Assembly: GCA_951406725.2 (NCBI GenBank)
Contig: OX597816.1
Coordinates: 158,038,001-158,102,000 of the forward strand
DNA length: 64,000 nt
Reading direction: 5' to 3'
DNA from: Octopus vulgaris
Taxonomy: Eukaryota
Positions 13,505 through 26,194 of the stretch are shown here, in pieces (the first letter of the stretch is position 1; each line of letters opens with the position of its first letter). Position numbers and translations under genes: made by a program. The notes beneath the pieces were generated by a model. The model was not told the DNA's origin. It did no database searches and saw nothing but the letters and a program-made list of their open reading frames with translations.

Positions 13505-13878
13505 AGCACTAGGCCTGAAATTTGGGGGAAGAGCACTTGTCGACTACATTGGCCTTAGTATTTGACTGGTACTTATTTTATCAACCCCAAAAGGATGAAA
13601 AGCAAAGTTGACCTCGGTGGAATTTGAACACAGAATGTAAAGACAGACAAAATGCAGCTAAGTATTTTTCCCTGCGTACTAATGATTCTGCCAGTTTGCT
13701 GCCTTTATAACCTAAACAATAATAATAATATTCTTTTCTACTCTAGGCACAAGGCCCAAAATTTTTGGAGAGAGGGTAAGTTGATTAGATCAACCCCAGT
13801 GCACAACTGGTACATAATTTATCGACTCCGAAAAGATGAAAGGCAAAGTCGACCTTGGTGGAATTTGAACTCAAAACA
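13505..13878 (-). mobile_element. two tandem SINE family B copies
   Basis: The family B core occurs twice, at about 13565-13640 and 13805-13875. Confidence 0.75.
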
Positions 13879-14266
13879 ATGATAATAATATTTTGTATTT
13901 CAGGATAGTCTTTTTCTCTTTTTTTATTCTAATTCATGTCCATTGTCCAGAAATTTTTCATCACACATCTGTGACCTCCTCAGCAACACTTCTTGTGTGT
14001 GTTCTTGCTCTGCTCATTCCATTTTCTGGACAATGGGCGGAAGTTAGAATAAGAACAGTAATAAACAAAGTGAGCAACAAATATACATAGTGCATGTATC
14101 TATTTGGCAAAAAAAAAAAAAATGACCATCCCAAAATACAACAATATCTGTTTCAACACATGACTTCACATCAGGAATCTTGTGACACAGATTCATAAAC
14201 ATAATAATAATAATCTTTTACATGATATGTAAACAAACATAAGTTTGTTTTTGAAGTATTGAAATG

Positions 14267-14508
14267 TATTGTAGAACAAGTAGAAAGATAAATTTTTTTT
14301 TCAACACATAAATACTGAACAGTATATACAAAGGATAAAATCCTTTTAAGAGCAGAAAAATTTGCCACCAACTGGTACTTAATTCATCAACTCCGAACGG
14401 ATGAAAGGCAAAGTCGACCTCTGCTTTTAAAAAGATTTTATCCTTTATATATACTGTTCAGTATGTACGTGTTGAAAGAAAATTTATCTTTCTACTTGTT
14501 CTACAATA
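14267..14508. repeat. ~90-bp inverted repeat with SINE-B spacer
   Basis: Arm 14267-14356 (tattgtagaacaagtagaaagataaatt...agcaga) is the reverse complement of 14420-14508 with few mismatches. Confidence 0.9.
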
Positions 14509-15079
14509 ATCTTTTCTATTATAGGTACAAGGTCTGGAATTTTGCTCAGCTGGTAGTTATTTCATTGACTCTGAAAGAATAAAAGGCAAAGTGAACCAAA
14601 GCTGAATTTGAACTCAGAACATGAAGATAAGATGAAATTCAGCCAAGCATTTTGTTCCGTGTACTTAACAATTCCGCCAGCTTGACATCTTACCCCCTTA
14701 AGCATTTAAATTGGCTACACCAGCCCAAATATTCGACATGTTTAAAGTTCAAACCAGCCAGATCAGGTCCCCTCACACCTACCCTACAATGTCATTCTAA
14801 AAATAAACAACCACATCATCGTAATCCAGAAGCTTCAAGATAATACATCATCGATCCAAAATAAGCATTACATTTGACTGAGTAATCTTAATGCTAAAGC
14901 GTAAATACTAATAATAATAATAAACCAAAAACCATACCAAATCAATTGGAAGGAAGAATTTCCATGAATTTTTTCTAGTTCACTGAAAGAACACTGCCAC
15001 CCACCACTACCATCACCACCATGCAAAGAAAACTGAAGTGAATGAATCTAAAAGGGGGTAAGGGAGTTTCTTTATTGAA

Positions 15080-15650
15080 ATGACAGCAGCCAAACCTTCC
15101 TAACTTATAAAGGGAAGGATACATTGGTTAGTATAGTTTTAGAATAGCCAACATATGAAAACAGACTAGATGATCACATTTGATCATATCTACACAATCA
15201 GTGCTGGTCTTGAGTTAAATAGGTTAAAAGAGGAGTTCAGCATACTAGGGGGCTTTATGAGCAAGAAATGGAGCAGCTAGAAACAGTAGCCAAATACCCA
15301 TCAAAATCCATCTCACTGCCTTAAAAAAAGTAGAAAATCACATTAGGACTACCAGAAAACGAATATGACCAAAGTTGGAATGCCTTCCATTGTAGGTCTC
15401 CTAGATAGGACTGACCTAGGGTTAAAGAACCATCACTGTGCCAGGCCATACCAATTTTTTTTTTAACAGCCTCAGTGTAGCTCAGTTTGTGAGACACAGT
15501 AAAAAATTTTTTTAAATCACACCCTACTGTCTCAAAATAGAAGGGAAAATTGGATAATGTAGCTGTAATTATACAAATAGATGGTATTGTCCAGGCTGGA
15601 ATGCCTTTGATCATAAGGTTTGCTGAATCAGGACTGCTCTAGGGCGAGAT
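15080..15650 (+). repeat. three tandem diverged copies of an old unclassified interspersed repeat (family F)
   Basis: Recurrent motif order: agcagccaaa..ccctcaaatcacaccctactgtctt..acattggataatgtag..ggctggaatgcctttgatcata..aatcagg.ctgacct.gggttaaa. Confidence 0.6.
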
Positions 15651-15667
15651 GACAAATGATAACTTAC

Positions 15668-15708
15668 TGTATTTCTAAGCCAATGTCACGCTGATATCAC
15701 AACAATTT
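15668..15708 (-). other. candidate 41-nt non-coding exon
   Basis: Acceptor aatttttatctctttag|AAA and consensus donor ACA|gtaagt. Stops in all three frames. Confidence 0.4.
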
Positions 15709-16209
15709 CTAAAGAGATAAAAATTCTTTTCTATTTCTCATACTTTCTGTAAGGCAGTCATTGCATCAGTTGCATAATGGAAATAATTCCCAGACCATGA
15801 AATTGGAATGTTCTAGCAATCAGACAAAGCCATGGCAGTGCGACAGAAAAAGAATCCCAATTAATAGGCAAGTGATCTGATAAGGAAGGGAGCAGCAATA
15901 TGAAAACAGTACAACATCCCAAAACATTGTTCACATATTAATGATAAGTCGCTTCAGCTACAGAAAACAGGAGCTGAGATTAACAAAATTCCAACAAGAG
16001 AACTTGGTTTGACCTGCTACAAACAGCAGCCGTTTCTCCCTCATATCACACCCTACTGGCTTGAAAAAGGGAGGATACATTGGACAATATATTCCTAAAT
16101 AATCCTAAAATGACAGGATGGTCTGCTCATTCAGGGCTAGTCTGGAGCAAAACAACAACTGGTACATTACTATCATCAACTTGTCTAACAACAACAGCAA
16201 TAATACTGT

Positions 16210-16790
16210 CATCATCCTCATCATCATCATCATCATCATCATCATTTAGCACCTGTTTTTCCATGCTGGCATGGATTAGATGACTTGACTGGAACTGGTA
16301 AGCTGGAGAGCTGCACCAGATTCCAGTCTGGTTTCAATAGCTGAATGACCTTCCCAACACCAACCATTCCCTAGAGAGTAAAGGGTACTTTTTACATGTC
16401 ACTTGCATGGTACCTTTCATCTCACCAGCACTAGTCACAACTATGATTTCATTTGGCTCGATTTATCTTCTCAAGCCAGAGGCATAGCTAGGGTGGGGCA
16501 AGCAGGGCACATACCCTGGGTGCTACTTTGAGGGGGGCCCAATTTTTGTCCAAGATCATTTTCTAATTAAGCCATTTCTATGCAAGCTTACACTTTTTGG
16601 TTGAGCAGGGAGTGCAATTTTGATGCTTGCCTTGGACACCATTTACCTTAGATACGTCCCTGTCTCAAGCAAAAGATCTTGGTCACTTGTCATTGCCTCC
16701 ATGAGACTCAACATCCAAAGATCATGTTCCATGTCTTTTTGAGTCTGCCTCTTCCACAGATTCCCTTCACAGTTAGAAATCAGGAATCTT
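16210..16790 (-). mobile_element. decayed RTE-LINE 3' end (family C) interrupted by a hAT MITE
   Basis: (CAT)n tail at about 16210-16245, then 3'UTR core, then degraded ORF end (gtcattgcctccatgag..caacatc..agatcatg..tcttttt..gtctgcctcttcc). Confidence 0.7.
16477..16662. mobile_element. hAT-type MITE
   Basis: Termini CAGAGGCATAGCTAGG / CTTAGATACGTCCCTG. Perfect 8-bp TSD TCTCAAGC at 16469-16476 and 16663-16670. Confidence 0.85.
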
Positions 16791-19416
16791 TTCAATATAT
16801 AGTAAAATCATGATGATAATGATGATCACAATGATGATGATTGTTCTTTTCTTAACTTTTAAACAGTTTAACAACATCTAACTGACTAAACCTGTGATCA
16901 AAGGCACTCCAGCCATGACCATCCTTGTTTTCTTTATTCAGTGTATTTGTACAGATTGACAGTATATATTAATGTATTTTTTTCTTTTAAGATGTTAAGC
17001 TGGAATTTGAAGGAAACTTAGCTGCATTTTTTAGCAAAGCAAATGATCCTGTAGAAGCTGCTCCCTTGTTACTTCAACAGTGATATTTTACTGTTTATAT
17101 ATTCTCTCCTTTTCAAATAGTCTTGTAAGTAAATGGGAAAAATATCTTTATGATTTCAGAGCTGCATTTATCTGGCAAATAAGTTGATCTGAGACTATTT
17201 ATTGAAACCTAATTAATTACATTGCAGAAGAGGTACTTTAAACATTAAAAAAAACTTGTTAAATATATTTCTCATTGATCTCAAGGTATTAAAATTCTTG
17301 ACACACCACTATGATCTGTTCACTAAAATGGAGCCATAGAAATTTTAACACCTCAAGAAATCAACAAAAAATGAATGTGACAGTTTTAGTATGCTTTTAG
17401 ATGGCTAAAATGGCTTTTACACAATATAAATTGTTATCTTTAAGGTGATTTTAGAATGTCAACCAAAACATATGCAGAGAGAGAGAGAGAAAGAGTGCAC
17501 AGGCGGTGTGAGAAGAGTTTGAAGGCAATTATCACATTTAAAAGAGAAAGTTTTTAGAAGACATTACATTATTTATGAGGCACTGAACTCTAGAAGGCAG
17601 AATGTGAGTGACACCTGTCACTTCTTCCGTGGACAAATTGCTAACATCTGTTTTGGCAATTCCAGGAATAAACTTCCAATTTTGACATTTCAATAAATAG
17701 ATGGGGATGAAAAATTCTATTTGTAAATTCTATCGCAACTCATTAATGTTCTAATTTGACTTCATTGAATTATAAACATTTTAATTTAATTCTTTAATAT
17801 TTAAACCAAGCATAAAACAGTTTAGTAAGATGTTAAACATAGTCAATATAAGTATCTATTACATGAGAAGAGGGGTATTAAATTTGGCAGAGATATAGTA
17901 AGGCACCAAACTAATATTTTCACCTTACAATATTCTGAATTGAAATTCCTTTAAGGTTGACTTTATCTTCCATTCCTCCAGATTCAAAAATATACTGGAA
18001 TAGATCTAATCAACAACATATGCTCCCCACCTACTTTCGCATTAATATCCAAGTAAGAGACCTCTATCCATTGTTTACAACTATGAAGGAGCCTCTATTT
18101 GATTGTGTGATCTGCAAGGAACAGTACCTAAACAGCCCTCAAAATCACATCCTATCTTCTGAAAAAGGGTAAGTTGGAGTAAAGGGGGGTTAGCCATGAT
18201 TAGAATGGCTTGAATGTAGGTTTGCTTGATTAGGGCTGACTTCATGCTGAACAATAACTTGAAACAAGGACCCCAAAAAGTAGCTTCTACATAGTTGCTC
18301 AAGCTAAATTGCCCTCAATTTACTGTTTTTGCACATGTAAGCCATTGTGAGAACCTTTACATAACTTACCATGTTAGAAATAGTAACCAAATTTCCCTCA
18401 AATGACATCTTACTGATTTTATAAAAGGAAGGATACTTTAGATAATATAGTTCTAGATATATTACGTTTGAAAAAAAAAAAAAAAAAAGAAAGAAAGACA
18501 GGATGGAGAGGCTAAAATGTCTTTGATCATGGGCTTACTAGATCAGAACTAATCAGGAGCTAAATAACAACAGCAACAGCTTCCAATGTAGGGACTTCTA
18601 TATTTACTATCTGCCTTTCTCAATTCAGCAGTTAAAAGTCTTCCTTAAAAAAATTTTTTTAAAAATAAAAAAACCACTTCATTCTACCCCAAACATGGAT
18701 GGAGCTAAATGTTTTGTTCTAAATGGAAATGAAATGATTTAATTCTTAACAATAAGAGCAACACAAAAAAAAACGACAGTTTGTGCAGTCACTTGACTTG
18801 TTAGAAATAGCATTCAAACCTCCTCCCATCTCATACACACACCTGTCATCTTAAAACAGATATTGAAAAAGGTAGTCTTAGATATAAATATAAAAACAGA
18901 CTGTAAAGACTAGAAGATTCTTGATCATAAGTTTGACCTGGGGTTAAACAGTAGTAACAACATAAGCACCAACATTGACTTATAATAGATAAGTTATCCA
19001 ATTTACAGCAATATAACATTACATTGATTTCTAACAAGCATCAAATTTGAGGGTGGGATAGGAATATCATCAGCTAGACCTACATCAGTATTTAAGTGAT
19101 GTAATTTAACATTCCTAACACAATCATTTATTTTCATTTCCTGGTTGTCTCTCAGTATTATTTACATTACAATCTGCTGTGAGTATGTATATTCTATTAG
19201 ACACACGCTGCAGAATAAATAAAAATTTGAAAATCAAACTACCCTGCTAATAATGCTGTGTTTGCGGAGAATAATGGCTCCAAAAACGTTTTCTTTAAAT
19301 CATTTATGAAGAAAATGTTATTAGAATAAAAAAAATAAAGAACTGAAATCTAGTTGTAGGATTATAATATAAAAATTTAAGTCAAACTGTTTCATGTAAT
19401 TTCTACAACTAGTTTT

Positions 19417-19424
19417 ATATATAT

Positions 19425-19469
<45 letters not shown>

Positions 19470-19680
19470 CATATATATACACGCATATATATATACACAC
19501 ACACCCAAATATATACACACACACATATATATACACACATATATATACACACACACATATACATACACACACACACATATATATATACACACACACACAC
19601 ATATATATATATATACACACACACACATATATATACACATGTATACATACACACACACATACATACATACATACATATAT
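19417..19680. repeat. compound (TA)n/(CA)n microsatellite
   Basis: Directly visible. It explains three overlapping low-complexity ORFs. Confidence 0.95.
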
Positions 19681-20399
19681 ATTTGTAGATAGATAATGAT
19701 AAAGACTGTTTTTAAATATTTAATGAGAATATTCTAACAGGCAAAGCAACAGACCTGAACATTACACTTCAGGTTTAGTTAAGAATATTGTTAATATATT
19801 TAATGCCATGAGCATCAAAAAGCTAATTAAAAATAATTATGCCTTCAAACTGCTAAATCTCAATTTCCTTACCTCACTGTCAACCTCCACAATGTGTCTA
19901 TTCGAAAATATATACACATGCTTATTATCTGCCCTATCTCCAAGAAAGCAACTTATTCCGATCTCATTAAAATAATTGCTTGTACATAATCATTTTCATT
20001 CAAAACAACAATGAAAAGATATCAATAAAAACAGTATCAAAAATATTCTGAAATTTCTTATTCTTCTCAACATTATATCCAATACTCTGTATTAATTGTA
20101 ATTCTCTACTTATAACATGGCATTCTTTGCTACATTCTGCACTGATGGCCCTAGCCTAGTGTGTAATACTCTTGGCATAGATAAATTCTTGTACAACGGT
20201 AACAGGTAACCCATCACTCTGCTTGACATAAAAATCTTTTAACAACCAAAGACCATTTCTCCCAATCTGGTAACATTTCTTACACTGGCTTAACAACACA
20301 TATTTAGATGGGATGGGTAAAACCAACACAAATTAGTTACTGATCCTTTATTTCTTTTTTCATTCAGTAACCCCAGAGAAATGAAATGATAAGTCAAAA

Positions 20400-20698
20400 G
20401 CTCTTTTCGAGTGTTGGGCTTCATGGAGGCAATGACTGAGACCTCTGGTATTATGTCGTGCTTAAGAAGACTCATCAAGCCAAGCAAAATTGCAGTTGTG
20501 GCAGATACCAGTGTCATGCTGGTAGCACAAAAAAGCACCCATTATACTCTCAGCGTGGTTGGTGATAGGAAGGGCATCCAGCTGTAGAAACCATGCTAAA
20601 TCAAACTGAGGTCTGGTGCAGCCTTCCAGCCCTGGTTAAACTGTCCAACCCATGCCAGCATAGACAACAGACACTAAATGATGATGATGATGATGATG
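20400..20698 (+). mobile_element. RTE-LINE 3' end (ORF tail plus 3'UTR)
   Basis: LGFMEAMT..LWYYVVLKKT resembles LGLTEAMAKDRDLWRYAVTAKT of the 21687-22436 ORF, followed by the family C UTR and (GAT)n tail. Confidence 0.75.
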
Positions 20699-21452
20699 TC
20701 AGCTACATTTGAACTAAAATCTAAAATAGAAAGTGGGTGGAGTAAATACTGGCACTCTTCTTATTTTGCTCTCCACTGCCACTCAGAAAACATTTAATAT
20801 CAAATTACATATGTTACACATTTCAAAAAATTATTTCATCATTACTCCACTTCTCATTCATATCTCTCTACTTCAAGAACTAAAGTATTTAGAGAGGTTT
20901 TGTAGGTTATTTGTTTTAGCTTTTCTTTATTTGGTCTAAAAACTATTGTTTTACAGACAATTTAAAACAAATATATCTAAAAATCTCTGAGAAAACATCA
21001 GTGGAGCAGTTATTGACATTGTACAAAGTCAAAACATCCCAAGTTGATTCATTAGAGCTATAATATTTAGACTAACATTGGTAAACACATTTTTTTTACT
21101 CTTCAGCTTGCCCATAACAAAATTTTAAAAACCCTCAAATGACAAACTATTCATTCAAACCAATTGTGGGTGATTAGTTATGTTGAATCTTTTCACTCAT
21201 AGTTACTCTAAAAGCACAAGCAATGCTGAAAATACATTATAGTACCATGGGCAAACATGGCCTAGTGGTTAGAGCAGCGGACTCGCAGTTGAGGGATCGT
21301 GCGTTCGAATCTCAGACCGGGCAATGTGTGTGTTTATGAGCGAAACACCTAACCATGCGGTTGGTAAGCAAGCTACTTACCACACAGCCACTCCTGCACT
21401 TATCATCAGCATCATCATCATCATTTAACGTCCGTTTTCCATGCTAGCATAT

Positions 21453-22436
21453 ATCATCATCATCATCATCGTTTAACGTCCGTTTTCCGCGCTAGCACGG
21501 GTTGGACGGTTCGACCGGGGTCTGGGAAGCCAGGGGCCGCTCCAGGCTCCAGTCTGATTTGGCAGAGTTTCTACGGCTGGATGCCCTTCCTAACGCCAAC
21601 CACTCCGTGAGTGGATTGGGTGCTTTTTACGTGCCACCTGCACAGGGGCCGGGGGGTCCGGCATCGGTCGCGATCGGTTCGAGCTTTTAACGTGCCAGCG
21701 GCACGGGGGCAACTGGGTCCGGGGTACTTTGGGGATCCGGGGTACTTTGAATGGGTAGGGGGTATGTGGAATTGCTGCAGAAAGCAGCCCGGGTCTTTGC
21801 AGTCACAGCATATCTCCAGAGATCTCGGTCTTTCGCCATTGCCTCAGTGAGGCCCAATGCTCTGAGGTCATGCTTGACTACCTCATCCCATGTCTTCCTG
21901 GGTCTACCTCTCCCCCTGATACCTTCAACTGTTTGGGAGTGGCACTTCTTCACACATCTCTCTTCATCCATCCGCAGCACATGACCATACCATCGCAAGC
22001 GTCGCTCTTGCACACCACATCTGATGCTTCTTATATCCAGCATTTCTCTTAGGATGTTTACACTCTGTCTTGCGTGCACACTGACACTACACATCCAGCG
22101 GATCATGCTAGCTTCATTTCTTTCAAGTCTACGCATGTCCTCTGCAGTCACTGCCCATGTTTCATTACCGTGAAGCATGGCAGTTCGCACACATGCATCA
22201 TACAATCTACCTTTTGCTCTGAGGGAGAGACCTTTTGTTGCCAGTAGGGGTAGGAGCTTTCTGAACTTTGCCCAGGCTATTCGTATTCTAGTGGTGATAC
22301 TCTCTGTGCATCCACCTCCGCTACTAACTTGGTCACCCAGGTAGCGGAAACTATCAACTACTTCTAGTTTCTCTCCCTGGAGTGTGATGGAATCTGTTTT
22401 CTGAGTGTCTGTTGTGTCTATTGTCCCTGTGCATCT
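21453..22436 (-). mobile_element. 5'-truncated RTE-clade LINE
   Basis: Contains the C-terminal part of an RT ORF, a 3'UTR and a (GAT)n tail (21453-21470). The 5' end abuts a TA-rich minisatellite. Confidence 0.92.
21687..22436 (-). pseudogene. C-terminal fragment of RTE LINE reverse transcriptase ORF (no stops)
   Basis: LEVVDSFRYLG, RIRIAWAKF, KGRLYDACVRTAMLHGNETW, RRLRWYGHVLRM and RGRGRPRKTW are typical RTE/BovB post-RT motifs. Real homology starts at RCTG (22436), not at the track's ATG. Confidence 0.9.
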
Positions 22437-22822
22437 ATATATATATATATATATATATATAAACATATACATACATATAAACATATATATATATAAGCAT
22501 ACATATATATGTATATACATACATATAAACATATACATACATATAAACATATACATACATATAAACATATACATACATATAAACATATATATACATATAA
22601 ACATATATATACATATAAACATATATATACATATAAACATATATATACATATAAACATATATATACATATAAACATATATATACATATAAACATATATAT
22701 ATATATATATATATAAACATACAAATATATAAACATACATATATATAAACATACATATATATATACATTTACACATACATATATATACATATATATACAT
22801 ATATATACACACATATATATGT
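22437..22822. repeat. 18-bp TA-rich minisatellite (ACATATATATACATATAA)n
   Basis: Directly visible tandem units. Confidence 0.9.
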
Positions 22823-23009
22823 ACAACAGGTTTCTTTTACTTTCCGTCTGTCAAATCTACCCAGAAGGCTTTGGTCGGCTTGAGGTTATAGGAGAAGACA
22901 CTTGCCCAAGGTGCCATGCAGGGGAACTGAACTCGAAACCAAGTGGTTGGGAAGTAAGCTTCTTACCATACAGGGTCAATAAAATAAGTAGCAGTTGAGT
23001 ACTCGGGTT

Positions 23010-23612
23010 CATCATCATCATCCATCATTTTGAATCCAGGTTTTGTCTCTGTTAACAGGGGTGGCTGGATCTACCTCAATGCCATAGCAACCACCTTCAC
23101 ACCATCTTGCCTGGTTTTGGGTATCCTCCCTTCTCAAGCCAACCCTCCCAATCTTCTCCTCCACCTGTCCCCTCCACATTTTCCTCAGTCTACCTCGCTT
23201 TCGCTGTCCACTTACCTCAAACTCTAGCACCCTCTTCAGAACACGCTTCTCATCCCCCCTCAACACATGCCCATACCACCACACTCCATTCGCTCTTGTC
23301 AGCCGTTCCACTGATTCCTCCAACCCCAGCATCCCCATCAAGTCCTCAGTCCTCCTCTTATCAAACAGCCTTATGCCACACATTTCTCTCACCATTGCTT
23401 TCAAAGTCCTTCTCAAAATTGCTCCACATTCCCTGAACTTCACCCAGCCAAGTCTTGCTCTTGCTGTCACAGTTGCTTCACATTCACCACTTACATCCAC
23501 TCTATCTCCCAAATAACAAAACCCTCACACTGTCTCCACTTCGTCACAGTGTTTCTACTGACTTCGCCAGCCCTCCAGCTCCTTTCTCACATCTTCCACA
23601 AGCAAACTCTCT
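23010..23612 (-). mobile_element. older RTE LINE fragment (different subfamily, internally deleted)
   Basis: GECEATVTARARLGWVKFRECG, WYGHVLRGDEKRVLKRVLEFEVSGQRKRGRLRKMW. (GAT)n tail at about 23010-23030. Confidence 0.85.
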
Positions 23613-24938
23613 TGCCAGTCTGATGTGGTCAATTTACGCCTCTCCTGAAATTTCTGGCCTTGTGCCAAAATTTGAAACCAATATTATCAACAGAACTGGC
23701 AGAACTGTTAGCATACTGGACAAAATACTAGCCAAGTGCAGTGAGATGTAACAGGGTGGGGCCGTAGTAGGATGGTGAGAGGGGGGTGCTATGCTAAGAG
23801 AAGTAAAGGAGAGCTAGGAGGAAAGAATGAACAGGCAGAAGGAGGAGGTGATACTTGGTGGGGTTAGTGGTTTATCGATGGGGAAACCAAAGGCTAAGAG
23901 TGAAAGATGGTAGAATTGAGCAATGAAGAGAAAACTGTGGAGAACTGACAAAATGAAATATTGGAAAATGAAGAATGAAAAAGGAAAAAAATAAAAAAAT
24001 ATAAAAGAACTATCTTTAAAAATTAGAAAATGAAATTAAAATGAAAAGATGACGTGAAGCTGAGTTATTAATATAAATATATGAACAGCGAAGAGGTCTT
24101 TGGAAATCCTTGCTTAAAAAAACCCAGACATTTTTTTTTTCTTTTTTTCTCGAATTTTCAAAGTTCAAAGGTTTAGAAAGTTCAAAAGGTCTAGCGGTTT
24201 GTGTCTGAGAGAGGAGGGAGTGGAGAGATGGGGGAGGGGAAAGGGAGGGAGAGGTGGACGGCTAAATGGACGGACAAACAGACAGACAGACCATTCCAAT
24301 TCATTACATTCTGATTTCAAATCCTGCTAAGATCAACTTTGCTTTTCAACCTTTGAGCGTGATGGTCAATACAATAAAGTACCAGTGAAGTATTGGAGTC
24401 AATGTAATCGATTTTGCGCCTCTGCCTAAAATTATTGGCCTTATGCCAAAATTTGAAATAAAATATAATAATTAAAAAAATCCGAATAAAATACATTATT
24501 TCAAAAGGTTGATATATTTTGTATTCCCACAACAAAACAATATTAAAAATTATTTTTAAAAATGTTAAAAATTAAATGGAATAAAGAGATGTGTTAATAG
24601 CATTATGAAAACATGTTGGTTTATTTATTCATATGTCTTATTTTTGATTGGTGAGATATTCAAGAGGTTCTTTAAGTACTGATAAAAGAATTTGTATGAG
24701 AAAAGAACAACTGCAACTATGGGCAAAATGTACAAAGCAGTTAAGTTGGCTTAGAAAGTTAAGTAGATTCTTCAACACAAGAGTTACAGGTTTGTCCTTG
24801 TCTTGTGTGTCACTAATTAAGACAAGGAAGAATAAAAGAAGATAATGGGAGAAATTGCTAAAGTTTCAAAACAAGAAAGTAAAAGGAGAAAGTACTTATT
24901 TAGATTAGCTATTCACAAGCCTGAACGTAAGTGTGTAC

Positions 24939-24979
<41 letters not shown>

Positions 24980-25105
24980 TATGTAAGCGTATGCATGCAC
25001 ATACACAGAAATACACAATTTTAAGTATGATCACAGTATGGAATTAGCTACAACATCTCCAGTAGCAACATTTGATACAAGAGAGGTTCCTTCAATACAT
25101 ATATA

Positions 25106-26194
25106 CAGGGGTTGGACAAAATAATGGAAACACCTTAAAATTTCAAACATTTTTATTTCAATATGGGGTAGGACCGCCTTTGGCAGTAATTATAGCTTGA
25201 ATTCTACGAGGTATGGACTCATACAATGTTTGAATTGTTTCCAAAGGAATTTTTGTCCATTCTTCAGCTAACACAGTCTCCAGTTCTTGTAGTGATGGTG
25301 ATGGAGGATATAGACTCCATATTTGTTTTTCTAAAATGCACCATAAATGTTCAATAATATTGAGATCTGGGGACTGTGGTGGTTTGATAAGATGTTTAAC
25401 TTCACTAGAATGTTCCTCGTACCATTCAGTAACAACTTTAGCTTTGTGAATTGGTGCTTTACCATCCTGAAAGATTGAATTTCCCTCCGGAAACAGTTCC
25501 GCAACCATAGGATGAATTTGATCAGATAAAATGCTTAAATAGTCTTGACTATTAATTCTGCCATGAAAGGAAACCATTGGGTCGGTGGATTTCCAAGATA
25601 TAGCCCCCAAATCATCACATATCCTCCTCCTTGCTTAACAGTTGGAAGAAGGCAGTCTGGGTCAAATGCTTCTTTTGGCTGTCTCCACACATATATTCGG
25701 CCAGTGGTTGGAAATAGGGTAAAGGATGACTCATTCAAGAAAATAACATTCTCGAGGTGGTCATTAAGCTCTGCAGTTATTTTGGGAGCTGTACTTTTGT
25801 GATCCTTTCTAACAATTCATTTAAGAGTCTGACAGTCCCTATATGAAAGCTTTGGTTTTCTTCCAGAGTTTTGTTTCGATGAGGAGGTTTTTCCCTCTTT
25901 CTCAAAGGCTGTCATTACTTTCGAGACAGTACTTCTTGACACAAATATTTTGGCTGTTTTCATTATGCTAGCGCCTGCCTTATGAACACCAACAATTTGA
26001 CCTCTCTGAAAGTCCGATAGATCTGTCATTTTAATTACCTTTTTCTATTTGAATAGAAACAGTAATTTTAACAAAACATTAAGCAACACTAATAATAAAT
26101 AAAAAAACAAAAATAAACAAGCTTTTGATGGTTTTATAGATATTTCAAAATTATGATGCTTTGATGCTCTTTCCATTATTTTGTCCAATCCCTA
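25106..26194 (-). mobile_element. Tc1/mariner DNA transposon (defective)
   Basis: TIR CAGGGGTTGGACAAAATAATGGAAA at 25106. The reverse complement TTTCCATTATTTTGTCCAATCCCTA ends at 26194. TA on both sides. Confidence 0.93.
25158..26029 (-). pseudogene. Tc1-family transposase pseudogene (frameshifts, internal deletion)
   Basis: MTDLSDFQRGQIVG..SRSTVSKV..SGRKPKLS (HTH/GRPR), VIFLNESSFTL, PTVKQGGGYVMIWG, FQDGKAPIH, PPQSPDLNIIEHLW, SIPRRIQAIITAKGGPTPY are spread over several frames. Confidence 0.92.

Noticed and set aside
21249-21320. tRNA gene
   Set aside because: It has A/B boxes but no acceptor stem or terminator and runs into SINE body sequence. It is a SINE head.
22437-22826. N-terminal ~130 aa of the 379-aa ORF (MFICIY repeats)
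   Set aside because: It is the translation of an 18-bp TA-rich minisatellite that happens to be in frame with the RTE fragment, not a real fusion protein.
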